Notes under the pieces: generated by a model | The model's input: only the letters and a program-made list of their open reading frames with translations | Databases searched by the model: none | Told to the model about the DNA's origin: nothing | Part shown: positions 53,635 through 54,268 of the stretch, piece by piece | How positions within the stretch are numbered: position 1 is the stretch's first letter | How the letters are laid out: each line of letters opens with the position of its first letter | IMG/VR virus record: IMGVR_UViG_3300009170_000002 | Coordinates: 1 to 54,268 of that record | DNA from: a virus | Lineage: Duplodnaviria; Caudoviricetes | Direction: 5' to 3' (one strand) | Length of the DNA stretch: 54,268 nucleotides | Translations under genes and position numbers: made by a program

Positions 53635-53973
53635 ATGAGCGAGCAAAAGTTTGTTTCAAGAGAAAATTTCGAAATTTGGGTCGAGCTTCAGAATGCAAAA
53701 GTTTGGGTTACCCCCGATTGGCGATCATCCAAAATTTCAGTTACTGGAAATTTCTCCAACGGCGTAGAGTGGACCCTAAACGCAACCGGAATTCTCGCAC
53801 GAACCGACGGAACCGGAGCCAAATATTTCGCACGCGGAGATGAATACAACCAGGTGCGCGTTTTTGGTTACCAGGGTTCAGTTTTCAACTTCAAGGGATC
53901 CGGCGCCCGATCTTCCGAAACCTACATCGAAGCCCAAAAAATTCTCGACGAACTTACCGCTTGCGCATTCTAA
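53635..53973 (+). CDS. Hypothetical protein, 112 aa (start refined to ATG 53635)
   Basis: RBS aaggag; follows promoter copy 10. Confidence 0.75.
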   Translation: MSEQKFVSRENFEIWVELQNAKVWVTPDWRSSKISVTGNFSNGVEWTLNATGILARTDGTGAKYFARGDEYNQVRVFGYQGSVFNFKGSGARSSETYIEAQKILDELTACAF

Positions 53974-53978
53974 TCCAG

Positions 53979-54059
53979 AATGTAATGAAATGTAATGTGA
54001 TAGTCTTTACAAATCATTACATTTTTACTATGTACATTCAGTGGTCGGGTGATAGAATT
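53979..54059 (+). promoter_or_regulatory. Family A promoter cassette, copy 11
   Basis: TGTAATG x2, CATTACA, TGTACA(54031)-N16-TAGAAT(54053). Confidence 0.8.
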
Positions 54060-54090
54060 TTATCAGAATAAATTTTCTGAGGAGCCCAAA

Positions 54091-54268
54091 ATGACAGTCA
54101 AGACACAAAGATTTATGCCCGCAGCACCAGCCACAAAGTCAGTCGCAAATCCCGTTTCAAAGTTTCTCTTCGGTCAAACTTTACAAAAACTTAACCCAAC
54201 CGGAACAGAGCACCGGATCAGAACTTTTGCAGCCGGAACCACTTACACCATGATCGCAGTGACAATCA
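54091..54268 (+). CDS. 77-aa hypothetical protein spanning the circular junction (ends at TAA 177-179)
   Basis: RBS gaggag; frame open from ATG 54091 through the overlap: MTVKTQRF...YVIDGETFVQI. Confidence 0.7.
   Translation, partial: MTVKTQRFMPAAPATKSVANPVSKFLFGQTLQKLNPTGTEHRIRTFAAGTTYTMIAVTI
54146..54268. repeat. Terminal direct repeat (copy 2)
   Basis: Identical to 1-123. Confidence 0.95.

Noticed and set aside
54146-54268. Biological terminal repeat of the virion DNA
   Set aside because: The repeat falls in the middle of an ORF and its length is typical of an assembler overlap. True termini cannot be determined from this sequence.

Overview
This window is an apparently complete, circularly assembled genome of a tailed dsDNA phage with siphovirus-type organisation. 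Bases 1-123 repeat exactly at 54146-54268, giving a unit length of about 54,145 bp. The minus strand (about 3.8-30.3 kb) carries lysis, packaging, HK97-type head and long non-contractile tail genes. The plus strand (about 31-51 kb) carries a Cas4-like nuclease, a radical SAM protein, an AAA+/VWA pair, an SSB, a nucleotide-modification cluster, DnaE, DnaB and a primase. The stretch from about 51 kb across the junction to 3.7 kb holds small early-type genes, most behind their own copy of a conserved promoter/operator cassette. No integrase, obvious repressor, tRNA or CRISPR array was seen. Four things stand out. (1) A roughly 1.1 kb non-coding, extensively base-paired region (about 51250-52330) looks like a large structured RNA that I cannot assign to a known family. 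(2) A six-gene cluster (dNTP pyrophosphatase, divergent UDG, fungal-type UDP-galactopyranose mutase, dNMP kinase, T4 beta-glucosyltransferase-like enzyme, dCMP-type thymidylate synthase homologue) predicts a furanose-sugar hypermodification of cytosine. (3) There are 11 copies of a TGTACA-N16/17-TAGAAT promoter with phased CATTACA boxes. (4) A second, 47-bp repeat family sits beside terminators. A Chloroflexota host is a weak inference. All protein calls come from motif recognition by eye; no database searches were run.
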